Shown piece by piece: positions 39,731-54,527 of a stretch of 64,000 nt of DNA. The notes beneath the pieces were generated by a model that saw nothing but the letters and a program-made list of their open reading frames with translations, searched no databases and was not told the origin of the DNA. Within the stretch, counting starts at the first letter, position 1, and each line of letters begins with the position of its first letter. This DNA is from Octopus vulgaris (taxonomy: Eukaryota). Location: assembly GCA_951406725.2 (NCBI GenBank), contig OX597827.1:62868001-62932000 (forward strand). Reading direction: 5' to 3'. Made by a program: the position numbers and the translations under genes.

Positions 39731-41442
39731 AACTGTCCTGACCAACGTCATAAATATTGGGATTTGTACATATGTAACAAACCAATGCATGATTGACACA
39801 AACGTTTCGACTAATCTTATAAACAAATTATATCTCGTGTGTACGCAGCAATGAGTTTGTGTGTGCGAATTTTGTTATCTTTTCATTGGTCCTTGAGCGA
39901 ATTCCCAGAGCTGAAACTCCGTGTCCTGCTGTCCTTTTGTAAGTTGACAGCAAGCATTATGAAATTTTAAAATCAATTTTGTATTATAAACTTTTCAAAG
40001 TTTCTGGCGCAAAATTCTGGCTCCAGAATTTAAATTTAAACTGATCATTTGCATATATATGTGTATATATCTGTACGTGTGTGTCTATTTACGTATGTAT
40101 ATGTGAGTATATATATGGTACATATAAACGCTCATACATACATATAAAGCACATACACACACACGTATTAATAATTTTAAAGAATATTCTAGCTGAAATG
40201 AGAAGCTAGCTAAATTAATTATGCAGCAAAGCTTCTACATGTTTTCAAGATATTTATCTTAATATGGTACCATTGAAAGACTATGTTTGACAAAATGTAG
40301 ATAGACAGTCAGGCGGACATACAGACAAAGAGACAGATAGATAGATAAATACTTAGAGAGAGATAAAGAGAAAAAGAGAGGAAGAGAGATAATGGCAACA
40401 TGTCTGGCAGTTGTTAGGGTTTTTTCTTTATTTTCTGAGTTCAACTTTGTCTTTTTCTTGTAGCGTAGATAAAATATGAAGTATGACGGCGCATATTTAG
40501 CGGAGACGTTAGGGCGTCGTGAAAATTATATTTCGGGATTCATTTCAAATACCACCAAGGTAAATTTTCCTTTAACTCCTTCGAGAAAGAAACATTTTGC
40601 CAAAATTTGAAACCATTATTATAATAACCTATGTATCAGTTTCCGTTAATTTGCATACAGTGTTAAATTTCCTTATTTTGTTTTTGCGTTAGCATTTTTC
40701 TTTTCTTTCTTTCTTACTTTTTCGTATTATTTTCTGAAAATAAAATATGGTAAAAAATATAACGATTAGTACCTATTATTTGTTTTTACGTTTCTTTGTT
40801 TTTTTTCATTCTTGTATGAATATTACTCGACGCATATATCCTTTTAAAGTATCAACACACACACATTTACACAAACACACACATACACGCTCGCTCATAC
40901 GTGCGCGCACTCATACATGCAAACAGACATTGCTGCAATCATAAAAATATCGCATTAGCGTTAGATAAACTTTGACTTCTTTTCTAATCACACGCAGAAT
41001 CTATTTAAGTTATTTCTGAAGCAATGTGACGCCGGGTACTTGGTACTCATTATATATAATATTATATTATACTATGAGAAAAACGGCGAAATGCTAAGAG
41101 CGAAAATACACAATTTAATATTTGTCTCGTACGTAAAGTGATTTTTTGCGGATTCTCGGCGTCTGATAATTTTAAGACAAGACTTTCCGCTGGGTAATGT
41201 TATAACACCTCACATCTCCTTTCTGTTACACCCTTAAGCTGCATTATGAATTTTTCTTTTAGTCCTAATACTGATAAGAGCGGGTACCCGGTTTCCCTTA
41301 TGTATAAGTACCCGAGTTCACAATATCTTTTTTTTTAACGTAATACCGATTCATTGCCGGTTTCAAGGCCAACAGATTTCATGTCATGGGAAAAGTCGCT
41401 TACATCAAATGCAGTATCATTATGTTAATTTAGCGATTCCAA

Positions 41443-41745
41443 ATGGCGGGAAGCAGGTAGAAACGTTAGCACACCGGGCGAAATGCGTAGCCGTATTTCG
41501 TCTGCCGTTACGTTCTGAGTTCAAATTCCGCCGAGGTCGACTTTGCCTTTCATCCTTTCGGTGTCGATTAAATAAGTACCAGTTACGCACTGGGGTCAAT
41601 GTAATCGACTTAATCCGTTTGCCTGTCCTTGTTTGTCCTCTCTATGTTTAGCTTCTTGTGGTTAGTAAAGAAATAGGTATTTCGTCTGTCTTTACGTTCT
41701 CAGTTCAAATTCCGCCGACATCGACTTTGCCTTTCATCTTTTCGA
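41443..41745 (+). mobile_element. SINE family B (tRNA-like head plus Deu/Nin-like core), with partial duplication
   Basis: CGTTCTGAGTTCAAATTCCGCCGAGGTCGACTTTGCCTTTCATCCTTTCGGTGTCGATTAAATAAGTACCAG. Confidence 0.85.
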
Positions 41746-41749
41746 GCTG

Positions 41750-41847
41750 TTTCGCTCATAAATAAACACATCGCTCGGTCTGAGGTTCGAACACGCGATT
41801 GCTTGACCGCGAGTTCGCTGCTCTAGCCACTAGGCCACATGCCTCCA
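41750..41847 (-). mobile_element. SINE family C tRNA-like head
   Basis: Minus strand: GGAGGCATGTGGCCTAGTGGCTAGAGCAGCGAACTCGCGGTC...GTGTTCGAACC. Confidence 0.7.
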
Positions 41848-43132
41848 GAGGAGCAGACTATCAAGCAAAAGTATTCTAATCCTTGTCATCTAATCATCAT
41901 ATTTACACTGCACATCTAGGACTATACAGTCTGTTGAGTCTACTATTTAACAGAATATGTGCTTTTATTCCTTTACTCTTCTACTTGAAGGGGGTTGGTG
42001 GGACAAATGGATGCCATTGCTTAGTTTGAATTTGTTCTTTATTCCATGGGTCTATTTTGATCGATAGAAATCGCTAGATCACTGGAACTTACACAAAAGC
42101 CTCTGAGCAACAATTTACTTTACAAGGCATTGTGTCACATAGTGGTACTGAACCAGAAACCACGTGATTGCTCGGCCAATTTCTTAAGCAACATGGTCAT
42201 ATCTGCACCTTTATGTTCTAATTCTAGCAAGATTTGGTTGCTATTTCTTGCAGATCGACCGGCAATAAAGGACTATTCAGTGGCTCGAGTAATTAGGTCA
42301 TAAGCTATTTCAGTTTGTGGTATAGTCTACTAGGGATTATCTTTAGTAATTATCTTTATATGAACGACAGTTTAAGTACCTGTAAACATCCATGGGACTA
42401 TCACAGGATCTAGTTTATGAGTTTGTGCTATGTCAGTGGAGTCCAAGTTCCTAGCAGGGCCTCCCATGCAAAAAAAAAGGTAAGAGTTAGAAGCCGATTA
42501 ACGTGGATCATCTCTTCCACAATGTAAAGGTTACTATAAATATGGTGGTTCACAAGTAAATCCAAAATCCAAAAGCGAAAGTGAAAGTATACACTTCAAA
42601 ATTCTGTAATATCACAAGCAATGATTATAATACTAAAACAAAGCAACTGGTTTTGTGTTCACTATCGGTTATATTACTACTGCGTCTAAGGTTACCATTA
42701 CTACAACCACAATTACTATTATTACTGCCACCACAGCTAATACTATAACTCTTTCACATATTTTTTTTTTCCTTTTTTTTTATTTTTCTAGATGCAAATT
42801 ATCCAGCGAATGTATTCTTAATCTTGAATTTAAAATAAAAGACAATAAACGAACTTGTTTTTGATCTGTACAAAAGAAATGGGCGTAGTTCAGTAATAAG
42901 AACAACATCAACATAAACTACGACATCAGAGAAAAAATAAACGGCAAGAACACCAGAAGTAATAAAAAGAACAACAGCAACAATAACAACAACAACAACA
43001 ATGATAACAACAACAAATGGGAGGGTAACAACAAGAACAGCGGCAGAAAGAATATTGTTCTTTATAGAACAGAAAGTGAAATAAGCAAATGAATTTAAAA
43101 TGGCGTTTTGTAAAAAAACTGAAATGTAATGT

Positions 43133-43475
43133 TTTCTTCTTCTTCTTTTCTTCTTCTTCTTCTTCTTCTTCTTCTTCTTCTCCTTCTTCTTCCTCCTCTT
43201 CTTCTTTTTCTTCTTCTCCTCCTTCCTCTTCGTCTCCTTCTTCTTCGTCGCCTTCTTCTTCTTTTTCTTCTCCTCCTTCTTCCTCCTCTGCTTCTTCTTC
43301 TTCTCATTTCTCTTCGTCTCCTCCTCCTCCTTCTTCTTCTTCTTCTTCTTCTTCTTCTTCTCCTTCTTCCTCCTCTTCTTCTTCTTCTTCTTCTCCTTCC
43401 CCTTCGTCTCCTCCTCCTCCTCCTCCACTTCCTTCTTCTTCTTCTTCTTCTTCTTCTTCTTCTTCTTCTTCTTCA
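43133..43475. repeat. Compound (CTT/CCT)n polypyrimidine tract
   Basis: ~340 bp almost pure C/T. Confidence 0.95.
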
Positions 43476-43743
43476 TTTCATTACATTTTCCGTAAAGGCA
43501 GTAGTATAGAGTAAAGTAGCTTTGCGAGTTGGACAAGAACATTAATGAAATGAATGACAATGAAACAAAGATGATAAGGATGGGAGAAAACAAAAAGCGC
43601 CCGCCGACTTTTGCTTCTCTAAAACATTGCTCTTTAAAACCAAACCCAAAACGAGTTATTAAACCTCTTACAACTTTTACAACTTTTCAATTTTTGAACT
43701 TAACAGTCAGTTACAAACAACAACATATTTCAATAATTACATA

Positions 43744-44139
43744 TCTTTATATATAAAAGTCAAGTTGTGTGTCTGTCTCCTACGATTTAGATTCCTAACT
43801 ACTCCCACATTTTGCGGTGCAGTTTAACCAAAACCGGGTATCTTATAGTCGTGATTCATATCAAGCCCTTCTGCGTATTTGCGCGCGTCTACGATGAGTC
43901 TACGATTTAAAAAAAAAATTACCATCATTTTTTCCATTTTAATGCATTTTTTCGCTATTATATAAGGGAAGTAACTCTCTAAAAATGTCTACGATGAGTC
44001 AACGATTTAAAAAAAAATTTACCATAATTTTTTTTCCATTTTTAATGCATTTTTTGCTATTTTTTGGCTATAACTCTCTAAAAAGGCTTATATAGTTATT
44101 TCCCTTACAAACCCGAGCAACGCCGGGCGATACTGCTAG
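43744..44139 (+). mobile_element. Non-autonomous Helitron (family H2) with internal tandem duplication
   Basis: A|TCTTTATATATAAAAG 5' end; CCCGAGCAACGCCGGG hairpin; CTAG|T; segment CTACGATGAGTC...AACTCTCTAAAAA duplicated. Confidence 0.88.
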
Positions 44140-44298
44140 TAATATATATAAATACTATACACAAAGCCCAATCATCCTCCTCCCAGACGAGGCTGTACGC
44201 CTCCCTTAGGCAATGCTCCAGCTCCAGGTCGGGGCCCCAGAATACGTATCTAAACATGTCCTTTGAGAAGGTGTTCATCACCCTGACCATAGCGACAT

Positions 44299-44358
44299 CC
44301 GATATGACCTTCCTAGACAGCCGATATGACCTTCCTAGACAGCCGATATGACCTTCCT
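44299..44358. repeat. 22 bp minisatellite, ~2.7 copies
   Basis: CCGATATGACCTTCCTAGACAG repeated. Confidence 0.9.
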
Positions 44359-44730
44359 GTCGATAAATTACGTACCAGTTACGCACTGGTGTCGATGTAA
44401 TCGACTTAATACCTATGTCTGTCCTTGTTTGTCCCCTCTGTGTTTAGCCCCTTGTGGGTAATAAAGCAATAGGTAATCCTTTTGGCGTTACGTTCTGAGT
44501 TCAAATTCTGCCGAGGTCAGCTTCGCCTTTCATGCTTTCGATGTCATAAAATTAGTACCAGCGGAGGTCGATCTAATCGACTTAACATCACACATGAAAT
44601 TGCTGCCCTTCAGCCAATATTTCAAATCATGATGATCATGATCATGATTATGATCATCATCATCATTATCCTTAAAAATCCTTTAAAATGTTTTAGCCCG
44701 AAAGCCGCGGCCATGCTGGGGCGCCACCGC

Positions 44731-45045
<315 letters not shown>

Positions 45046-46086
45046 GCCTAATGTAGCGAGCTGGCAGAATCGTTTGCCCTTTCGCACCTGATTTTTTTGT
45101 TGTATTTCAGCTTTTCAATGTTCCGTCACTGATATGTAAAATCGTTAGGGTATTGGAATAAAAAAATGTTTCGACATTTGTTCCAAGATTTTGCACACCA
45201 CTTCCCACCATTTTCGACTTTACTGACATCCTTAAGGATCCTTCTTTTTATCTTTTACTTGTTTCAGTTATTGGACTGTGGCCATGCACGGGTACCGCGT
45301 CGATGTGTTTAGTCGGACCAAATCAACCCCAATACTTATCTTTTTTAAAGTTTGGCGCTTACCCGATCGGTCTTTTCTGACCAACCACCAGTTTTGCAGA
45401 GATGCAAACAAACCAGTATCGATGGTCAGGTGGATGTAGTGGTGGTGATGGTGTTGTGCTTCAGCATGTCTGCATTCCGATAGCTGAACCAAGTAAAAGA
45501 TGCATTTATCTACGCGTACAACTAAAGCATTGCCAACCAGGATACGTTTGACGTAGAATGAGTTCATTTTCAAAGATGAACTCACTATAAATGTCTTTTA
45601 TCTCTTCTCTTCGTTTTTCCTTTCTTTTTGGTGTTGCTAAAATAACCCTCCCCCCTTTTTTTTATTCTAGGATACGAAAATATTAATATGTCTTCTCGTC
45701 ATTCATTTCTTGCATGATTCTGTTTTGTCACCAAGGATACAGACGACGGAATGTGTGAATTTTTGCTCGCTTAAATGTCGTTTTATAATAAACGTCAATA
45801 CTAATTGTATTTTGATGTGATCACGAAACGACTTCACAGATATTAAAGCTCTCGCTCTCTCTCTCGCTCTCTGTCTTTCTCTTTCTCAATTAATCTCTCA
45901 CTTGCGCTCTCTCTCTCTAGTCGTTCATTATATCCATCATAAACTATTACATCAAAGATCAAAAATATAAGAGACCAATCTCTCTTTTTCTTTATATCTG
46001 CAGCTTGACACAGTCGGGGATTATCTGGAATATAGAAATCATTAAAACAACGACAACAACAATAACAACAACAACAACAAACACAT

Positions 46087-46248
46087 ATAACATACAGAAA
46101 ATTGCACTACTAGGCACTGCACACATCCTACGCAGAACACTTTCAATACAATAACCATCAGAGCATCACAACAAATCACAGCACATACCCAAGGCACACA
46201 AAGCTGCGCTCGGTAGTGAAGTGAAAGCACGCTATAAAAATAAAACTA

Positions 46249-46252
<4 letters not shown>
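46087..46252 (+). mobile_element. Short Dong/R4 3' tail (last codons plus 3' UTR) ending in (AAT)n
   Basis: NIQKIALLGTAHILRRTLSI then the UTR shared with 25665-25830. Confidence 0.85.
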
Positions 46253-46310
<58 letters not shown>

Positions 46311-46311
<1 letters not shown>

Positions 46312-46527
46312 CCTTTATTACTGTGGGTACAAGGCCTGAAATTTTGAGGGAGGAGGTTAGTCGATTACATCGACCCCCATTGCATGGCTGGTACTTATTT
46401 AATCAACCCCGAAAGGGTTAAAGGCAAAATCGAACCCGGTGGATTATGAAATTAGAATATTAAGACGGACGAAATGCCGCTAAGCATTTTGCCCGGCATA
46501 ATGTCGATCTTGCCAGCTCGTCGCCTT
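46311..46527 (-). mobile_element. SINE family B
   Basis: CTGGTACTTATTTAATCAACCCCGAAAGG...GCTAAGCATTTTGCCCGG...GCCAGCTCGTCGCC. Confidence 0.8.
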
Positions 46528-46542
46528 AAAATAATAATAATG

Positions 46543-46582
<40 letters not shown>

Positions 46583-46584
<2 letters not shown>

Positions 46585-47105
46585 GCTTCTGATCTTAACT
46601 GATTGGGAGTGTTATCATGTACATTGTTCTGTCTTGGTATAAAAGATGGGCTACAGCAAATATTCTGCTCAATACCACAGATTTGCTTGTCAGTTGTTTG
46701 ACTTTAACCAGTTGAGCATGTCCCTTAGTGGCTGACGATATGTGCATCTCTGATCACGAGCAGAAGTAGTGGGGGAGCATCATAGCCATGTGTTGAGAGG
46801 GATTCTTTGGGGTTTGAATAATTCACCTCTGGAGACATGGGTGGGTTTTTCAACATCCTTAAACAACCCTTATTCAGGGACCGTTTGAGCGGGATGGGCT
46901 ACTCAACCTGAAGAAAATTCTAACTGGGCCCCACCTGCAAGGTCATGTGCAGTTTATCTTGATATGAGATCACCATGCCGCGCACATATGGTTGTGATGC
47001 ATGTGCCTGGTGTACCCTTATCAGACGGGTAGTCATGATGGGTATATTGGGCTTCGTATATTTTACCCCAGTGTCACTTTGATGGCATGCACTGCTCTCT
47101 CACTC
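46583..47105 (+). mobile_element. ~550 bp (AAT)n-associated retroposon, 5'-truncated copy
   Basis: Lacks the first ~30 nt of 47669-48221; identical 3' end CTCTCTCACTC(AAT)n. Confidence 0.85.
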
Positions 47106-47176
<71 letters not shown>

Positions 47177-47199
47177 TAATAATAACAACAACAATAATG

Positions 47200-47553
47200 G
47201 ATCACACACATAGCATGCCAAGCCGACAACAACGTACGCGATAAGGAAGAAAGAAAAGTCGTGAGATATGACAGATTAGCTTTGAGCTTAAGCAGTTGTG
47301 GTCGGTGAAAAAAGCAGCAGTAGTAACGGTAATTGTCGGAGCCCTGGGAACAGTGAGTAAAAATCTTGAGAAGTACGTGGAACAAATAGGGGCTGCAATA
47401 AGGGTGGAGCACTTGCAGTAAAACAGCATTGCTTGGGACCGCTCGAATTCTCCGGAAGGTGCTCGAAAAATAAGAGGCGTTACCTTAGTTCACTGCTAGT
47501 GAACAGCTGACACCGTAGTACATCTCCAGCGTTAGAAGCTGTGCAAAGGCAAC
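47200..47553 (+). pseudogene. Third Dong/R4 family 3' fragment
   Basis: IACQADNNVRDKEERKVVRYDRL..ELKQLW...VIVGALGTVSKNLEKY...TALLGTARILRKVLEK*. Confidence 0.88.
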
Positions 47554-47555
47554 AA

Positions 47556-48271
<716 letters not shown>

Positions 48272-48276
48272 CAATA

Positions 48277-48535
48277 AAAGAATCCCTCTCAACCCATGGC
48301 TATGATGCTTCTCCACTACTTCTGCTCATGGTGAGAGACGCACATAATATCGTCAGCCACTAAGGGACATGGTCAAGTGGTTAAGGTCAAACAACTGACA
48401 AGCAAATCTGCGGTATTAAGCAGAATATTTGCTGTAGCCCATCTTTTATATCAAGACAAAACAATGAACATGATAATACTTCCAATTAGTTAAGATCAGA
48501 AGCCACGAGAGCCACAGCCTGGTGCTGCATCAGGG
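48277..48535 (-). mobile_element. Inverted 5' half of the ~550 bp retroposon
   Basis: Reverse complement of ~47669-47925, more diverged. Confidence 0.85.
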
Positions 48536-48597
48536 TATTTATCATCATCATCACAATCATCATCATCATCATCATCATCATCATAATAATAATAATG

Positions 48598-48634
<37 letters not shown>

Positions 48635-48754
48635 TTCTTCTTCTTCTTCTTCTTATTATTATTATTATCATTATCATTATTATTATTATTATTGTTATTA
48701 TTATTATTATTACCATTACCATTATTATTATTATTATTATTATTATTGTTTTTA

Positions 48755-48786
<32 letters not shown>

Positions 48787-48802
48787 GTTGTTGTTGTTGT
48801 TG

Positions 48803-48840
<38 letters not shown>

Positions 48841-49174
48841 GTTATCAAGGTAGTGAGCTGGTGGAATCTTTGGCACGGCGGGCGAAATGCTTAGCGGCAT
48901 TTTGTCTGCCGATAGGTTCCGAGTTCAAATTCCGTCGACGTCGAATTTGCTTTTCATCCTTTCGGTGTCGATTAAATAAGTGTTTTCGCCCATTTCAATT
49001 TCATCACTCGTTGAGTTTTCTTTGTCACTGTATCAGTCAGATGGGTAAATCAATGAGGAAAACCTTAATGTTGTTACTCAATCTATAAGAAAATAGCAGC
49101 CAAAATATCACTCAAACTGCATATTAAAATGAAAAAAATAGGACTTATTAGACAATGTAATTTTATATACATTA

Positions 49175-49518
49175 CGAGTAAAACGCCTCCCGTCCTTTGG
49201 ACGGTGCTGAGTTTTCAAACATTTAAACCAAATTTTCTCAAAACAACTTGTTCGACCGTCCCATTTTCTGGCATTATTTCAAGCCAGCCGGCATTTTTGC
49301 GCAAACTGCACGTGCATTTTCTTGCCCGTACAAATGCACGTTCCCATGGCTTTATCGATCGCATTTTCGCCTGGAATCGATTTCTGTAATTTTTCAATAT
49401 ACACGCCCTGATACCGTCGGTATCTACATATCAAATTTGAGCGCAATCGAATGGAGGATGCCCGAGATCCTAGAACACACACACACACACACAGACAGAA
49501 CGGATTTTATATAATAGA
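49175..49518 (-). mobile_element. Non-autonomous Helitron (family H3)
   Basis: Minus strand: A|TCTATTATATAAAATCCGTTCTGTCTGTG..., hairpin CCGTCC-AAA-GGACGG, end CTCG|T (variant of CTRR). Confidence 0.7.
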
Positions 49519-49839
49519 TTTCTTAAAAGGACAAAACTTCCGGTTAGACAAGCCTGAAAATCTTTTGCTCAACCAGAGCTGATTTAAACACCACTCTTAC
49601 CTCCTCCACCACCACCACCACCATCAACACCCACAATAATAACAGCATCAAGATCAATAAAATTATTGCCAGCAATAGAGTTACATACACACGATATGCT
49701 TAGTGCCTATCTTTTAACAATTCGCTTTGTGCTGATGGGATACAATAAATGTTTTACTTCATTTTTACTTCAGTTCATTTATAGATTTGCAGCTCAGTCC
49801 AACATCTCACCACAGTTGATTATTATCTGTTACTGATTC

Positions 49840-50870
49840 TCTGCGGGGTTGATAAAATAGATTGCTTGTAATCGATAGGATTTTGTTTAATTGAGTAAAC
49901 AATCTCTGCTAGTGAGGCCAACTGGTAGAGACGTCAGTTTGTCGGGCAGAATACTTTTGCGGTCTTCTCTCTGATTCTGAGTGTTCTGAGTTCATACAGC
50001 TCCAAGGTTGACCCGTCAGTGTAGATAAATAAAGGATTCAAATTTTGACACAAGGCCAGCAACTTTTGGAGTGGGTGAGGGTGGATTAGATCGACCTCAG
50101 TGCTTCACTACTACTTATTTTATATACACTTAAATGATGAAACGCAAAGGAATTGAATTCAGATATTAAAGAGATTAAAGAGATGTTACAGAGCAGTTTT
50201 TCCAACTTTCCGATGATTCTATCATCTTGCTGTCTTTATAACCAATAGTAATAATAATTTCAAATTTTGGCACAAGGCCAGCAATTTCAGTGATGGGGTG
50301 AGTCGATTAGATCTATCCCACTACTCAACTGATATTGTACACAATGTTTCTAGGCTTTTCATCTGGGGTGGTAATTACTATGCCAGCTCACTGCCTTCGA
50401 TAATTATTTCTATTTTACACACGAGGTCTGATATTTAGGGTGGCGAGGAACAGTCAATTATATCATTCCCATTACACAAATGACACTTATTGTATCGCGT
50501 CCGAAAGTATAAAAGGCAAGGTTGATCTCAGCAGTATTTGAACTCAATACGAATAGAACCAGAAAAAATGGCGCTAAGCATTTGGTCCGTTGTGCTAATT
50601 ATTGTACCAGCTCATCGCCTTTGGATCGATAAATAATCCTTTCTACTATAGGCACAGGGCCTGAAATCTTTGCGGGGTGGGGACTAGTCGATTATATCAA
50701 CTCAGTACACGACTGGTACTTAATTCCTCGACCCCGATGGGATGTAAGGCAAAGTCGACCTCGGCGGAATTTGAACTCAGAACAGCGGCAGACAAAATAC
50801 AGACAAAGTATTTCGACCGGTGTGCTAACGATTCTGCCAGCTCGCCGCCTTTGCATTAGATAAATAATAA
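49840..50870. mobile_element. Cluster of 4-5 SINE family B copies, mostly - strand; best copy 50636-50850
   Basis: Repeated CACAAGGCCAGCAA, GTCGATTA, AGGCAAAGTCGACCTCGGCGGAATTTGAACTCAGAAC motifs. Confidence 0.75.
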
Positions 50871-52407
50871 AATGCAAACCTTTTCTTTAATAACATTAGA
50901 GATTTTTGAAACATTTGGAAAACTTTCTGTTTGACGATATTTTTGTGCCATTATGATAAAATAATTAGATCCACAAGACAATTACTCATCTGAACTATGG
51001 CTTGGAATTCTACAGGAAATACTTTAGCTATAAATCAACAGCGAATATTTGCAAATGTTTCATTTCCCTCTATGTTTTTCTTACCTCTCTCATGTTCTGG
51101 AAAAATGGTTAAAGGCAGACTTTTAGACGTATGAGCTCTGTTAGGTGTAAACATCTCCAGGGTGCTCCAAAGAAGTTGAAAGACCAAAGCAATATTAGAC
51201 AATGATCTCCCTTACGATATATCCTTTACCTTTCCTAAATAAAAGCAATCATTATCAACCATCAGCCAGGTGTCATACCTGTGTGGAACAAGACTTATGC
51301 CAAGACTCTCCAGTTCTTTGTGTTGTGTTAGGCGTATACAGTCATCCAAACTATTGTCGTCAATCCATTCTTTAATGGCCACTTGCTCACTTTGTCTTTA
51401 CATTCCCTGACAGAATTAGTCTTTAGCAGTGGCTCATGGTACATTTTATGTCTTAAATATGATAGCTATGTCGACATGATACTCGACATTGAATTTCTTT
51501 TCGCTTTCAGCTTTTCAAGTACTGCAGCATTTGTTACCTAGTCTTTCTAATTCATTCGGCTCAATTCACAAAAGATCCACACTTCCATTCTATTCTATTC
51601 AGTGTCTGCTTCCTTATTTTAATTCGATGTAATATCGACTGAGATATGGCTTTTATTTTGAAGAAACGAGAGGTTCCCTTGTTGGTTGTGGAATTAAGGA
51701 GTTTTACCATTGGTTTCGAAATAAGACCTCTGTCTTCACGCGACGAGAAGTAGTCTTGCACACCACAATACATACGCTATAATTCAAAAGAGAAGCAATG
51801 TATATATTTATTGTTATTGTTGTCTGGACCCAAATTGGCGTTGATACCTATTAGAACTACCAGAAATGTGTACCAGATATGACCATCCCGACTGTCATTC
51901 AGAGTTTTTTATAAGTCTAAATTATTGAATGTGTGGTTTGAAGGAGATTACGAATGCTGTGACTTGCCAGGTGGTTGTTGTGGTAGTGGTAGTGGTGGTG
52001 GTGGTGGTTGTAGTGGTGGCGGTGATGTTGGCGGTAGTGGTGGTTGTGGTGGTGGTGGAAGCCACACAAAATCTAAAGAGATCTGTTTCTCATTTCTAGC
52101 AACGTGAAACTCCCTCTCGTCGGCTGTGGAATCAATATGTTTCATCCCCACGGGAATCGAAAACAGATCTCTGGCTTCATTGAGCGAGAACTAATCTTCA
52201 GCACAACATTATTCACAAAAATACAAAAAAAACCCAACTTATGACTATTGTTGTTGTTGTTGGTCTTGCTGTTGTTGTTGTTGTCGACGTTGTTGGTGCC
52301 TTTGCAGTTTCTTTTACTTGTTTTTGTTGTTCATGTTGTATCTGATGTGGTTATTCTTGCGGGTGTTGACGCTGTTCATGTTGTTATTGTTTTTTGTTAT
52401 TGGCATC

Positions 52408-52438
<31 letters not shown>

Positions 52439-53271
52439 TTATTACTTGAATTAGTTTCGTTGCTGGAATTATTGTTGTTCTTATTGTAGCTGTTGTTGTC
52501 ATTGTAGTGGCATGTATTTCTATTTTTGTTATTTTTGTTTTTATTGTTGTTGGTAATTCCGTTGTTATTTTTAGTTGTTTATATTGCTTTTGCAATTGTT
52601 GCTGGTATTGTCGCTGTTGTGGTTTCTGTTTTTGCTGCTTTTGTTGTTGTCTTTGTTGTTGTTATTGTTGTAATTTTTGTTGCTGTGTCGCTGGTGGGAC
52701 TGTCGTTATTGTAGCTTTATCGTTAGTATCTTAGTCTTATAGTTGTTTGTGTTTCCGACATTGTTGTTATTAGTGATGTTTTTGTTTATTTGGCGGTGGT
52801 GGTGGTGGTGGTGGTGGTATTATAATTATCATTGTTATTGATGTTTTGTTGTTCTATTTACTGGCATTGTTTTTGTTGTCCTTTTGTTTTAGTTGTTACT
52901 CTTATTATTGTTGATATTGCACGTCTTTACATTCTGAGTTCAAATCTCACCAAGATCAACTTTTATCTTTTATCCTTTTGGGGCCAATAAGTACCCGCTG
53001 AGCATTAGTTTCGATGTAATTGGTTTGACCGCTCCCCTAAAAATAGCCGACCTTGTGCCAAAACATAAAAACATTATTATTGATAATGCTACTGTTGGCG
53101 TTGTTGTTGTTATTGTTGTTGTTGCAATACTGTGGACATTGTTTAGCGACATTATCAGCATTAATCTAGAAGACCAAACTATATATCCGGTAAATCGCCA
53201 TCTTCCCAAGACACACACATTCCATCGTCTAAAAAAAATGATGGCATATATAACAAATGAATTAGATAAAA

Positions 53272-53565
53272 CTAGCAGTATCGCCCGGCGTTGCTCGGGT
53301 TTGTAAGGGAAATAACTATATAAGCATTTTTAGAGAGTTATAGCCAAAAAATAGCAAAAAATGCATTAAAAGTGGAAAAAAATTATGGTAAATATTTTTA
53401 AAATCGTAGACTCATCGTAGACGCGCGCTAATACCCAGAAGGGCTTGATATGAATCACGACTATAAGATACCCGGTTTTGGTTAAACTGCACCGCAAAAT
53501 GTGGGAGTAGTTAGGAATCTAAATCGTAGGAGACAGACACACAACTTGACTTTTATATATAAAGA
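53272..53565 (-). mobile_element. Non-autonomous Helitron (family H2), without the internal duplication
   Basis: Reverse complement of 43744-44139 at very high identity; A|TC and CTAG|T termini. Confidence 0.9.
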
Positions 53566-53745
53566 TAATCGTTTCGTACATCTTTAAAAAAACTGGACTG
53601 CCATAGCGGGAATCCCCACTATTGTTGTTAGTAAAGAGAGCTAACGATAGACTAACAACGACAATGACATCAGGTTCTGTACATCTTGAAAACTCTATAT
53701 GGCTCAGAAATCATGGAGCCCAAATATCTTTCAGATCAGACCTTA

Positions 53746-53801
<56 letters not shown>

Positions 53802-54421
53802 ATTTGTGTATCTTTGGTATTATACAAAAGTGTCCTAAGTCCAAAACGTTGCTTTTTCAGAAAAACGAAAAATACTTCCAGCATCCCATAGAAAAATCGC
53901 TGTACTGCACTTCAACAATTTTTGATATATTGGCATCTGAAGCAGACTATTGCAAGTAAAAATAATTATTGAAAAAAAAAAATGCATTTGGCCAAATTTT
54001 GGACACACGGCTTCGATTCCGAAGTATAAAAGTCAAAATCGATCTTGGAGGCATTTGAACTCAGAACACAATGACGAACGAAATAGTGGTAAGTATAATT
54101 GCTCGGCGTACTGAAGAATCTCCCAGCTCGCCACCCTAAAGCAACAGGTAATATTGCAAAAAATAAAACATGAAATCATTGGTCTTGCCTAAGCTTGTAC
54201 ATGTCTCATATATATCTAATTAATCAAAACTAACCGGGAGCTAAGAGACTACAATACCAAAGACAACAAGTACATATGTGTTAGTCTTGTTTTAATACGT
54301 AATACCATAATTCACGTGTTTTCTCTTACTGACTAAATTCACTCAACACGTTTCGATGAAACACACATACACACACATACACACGCATATATATATATGT
54401 ATATACATATAGATATTTATG

Positions 54422-54527
<106 letters not shown>

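Noticed and set aside
42799-43593. Longest ORF (264 aa, Lys/Glu-rich)
   Set aside because: It is the reverse reading of the (CTT)n and (AAC)n tracts.
44299-44358. CRISPR-like repeat
   Set aside because: Head-to-tail 22 bp tandem units without spacers, in eukaryotic DNA.
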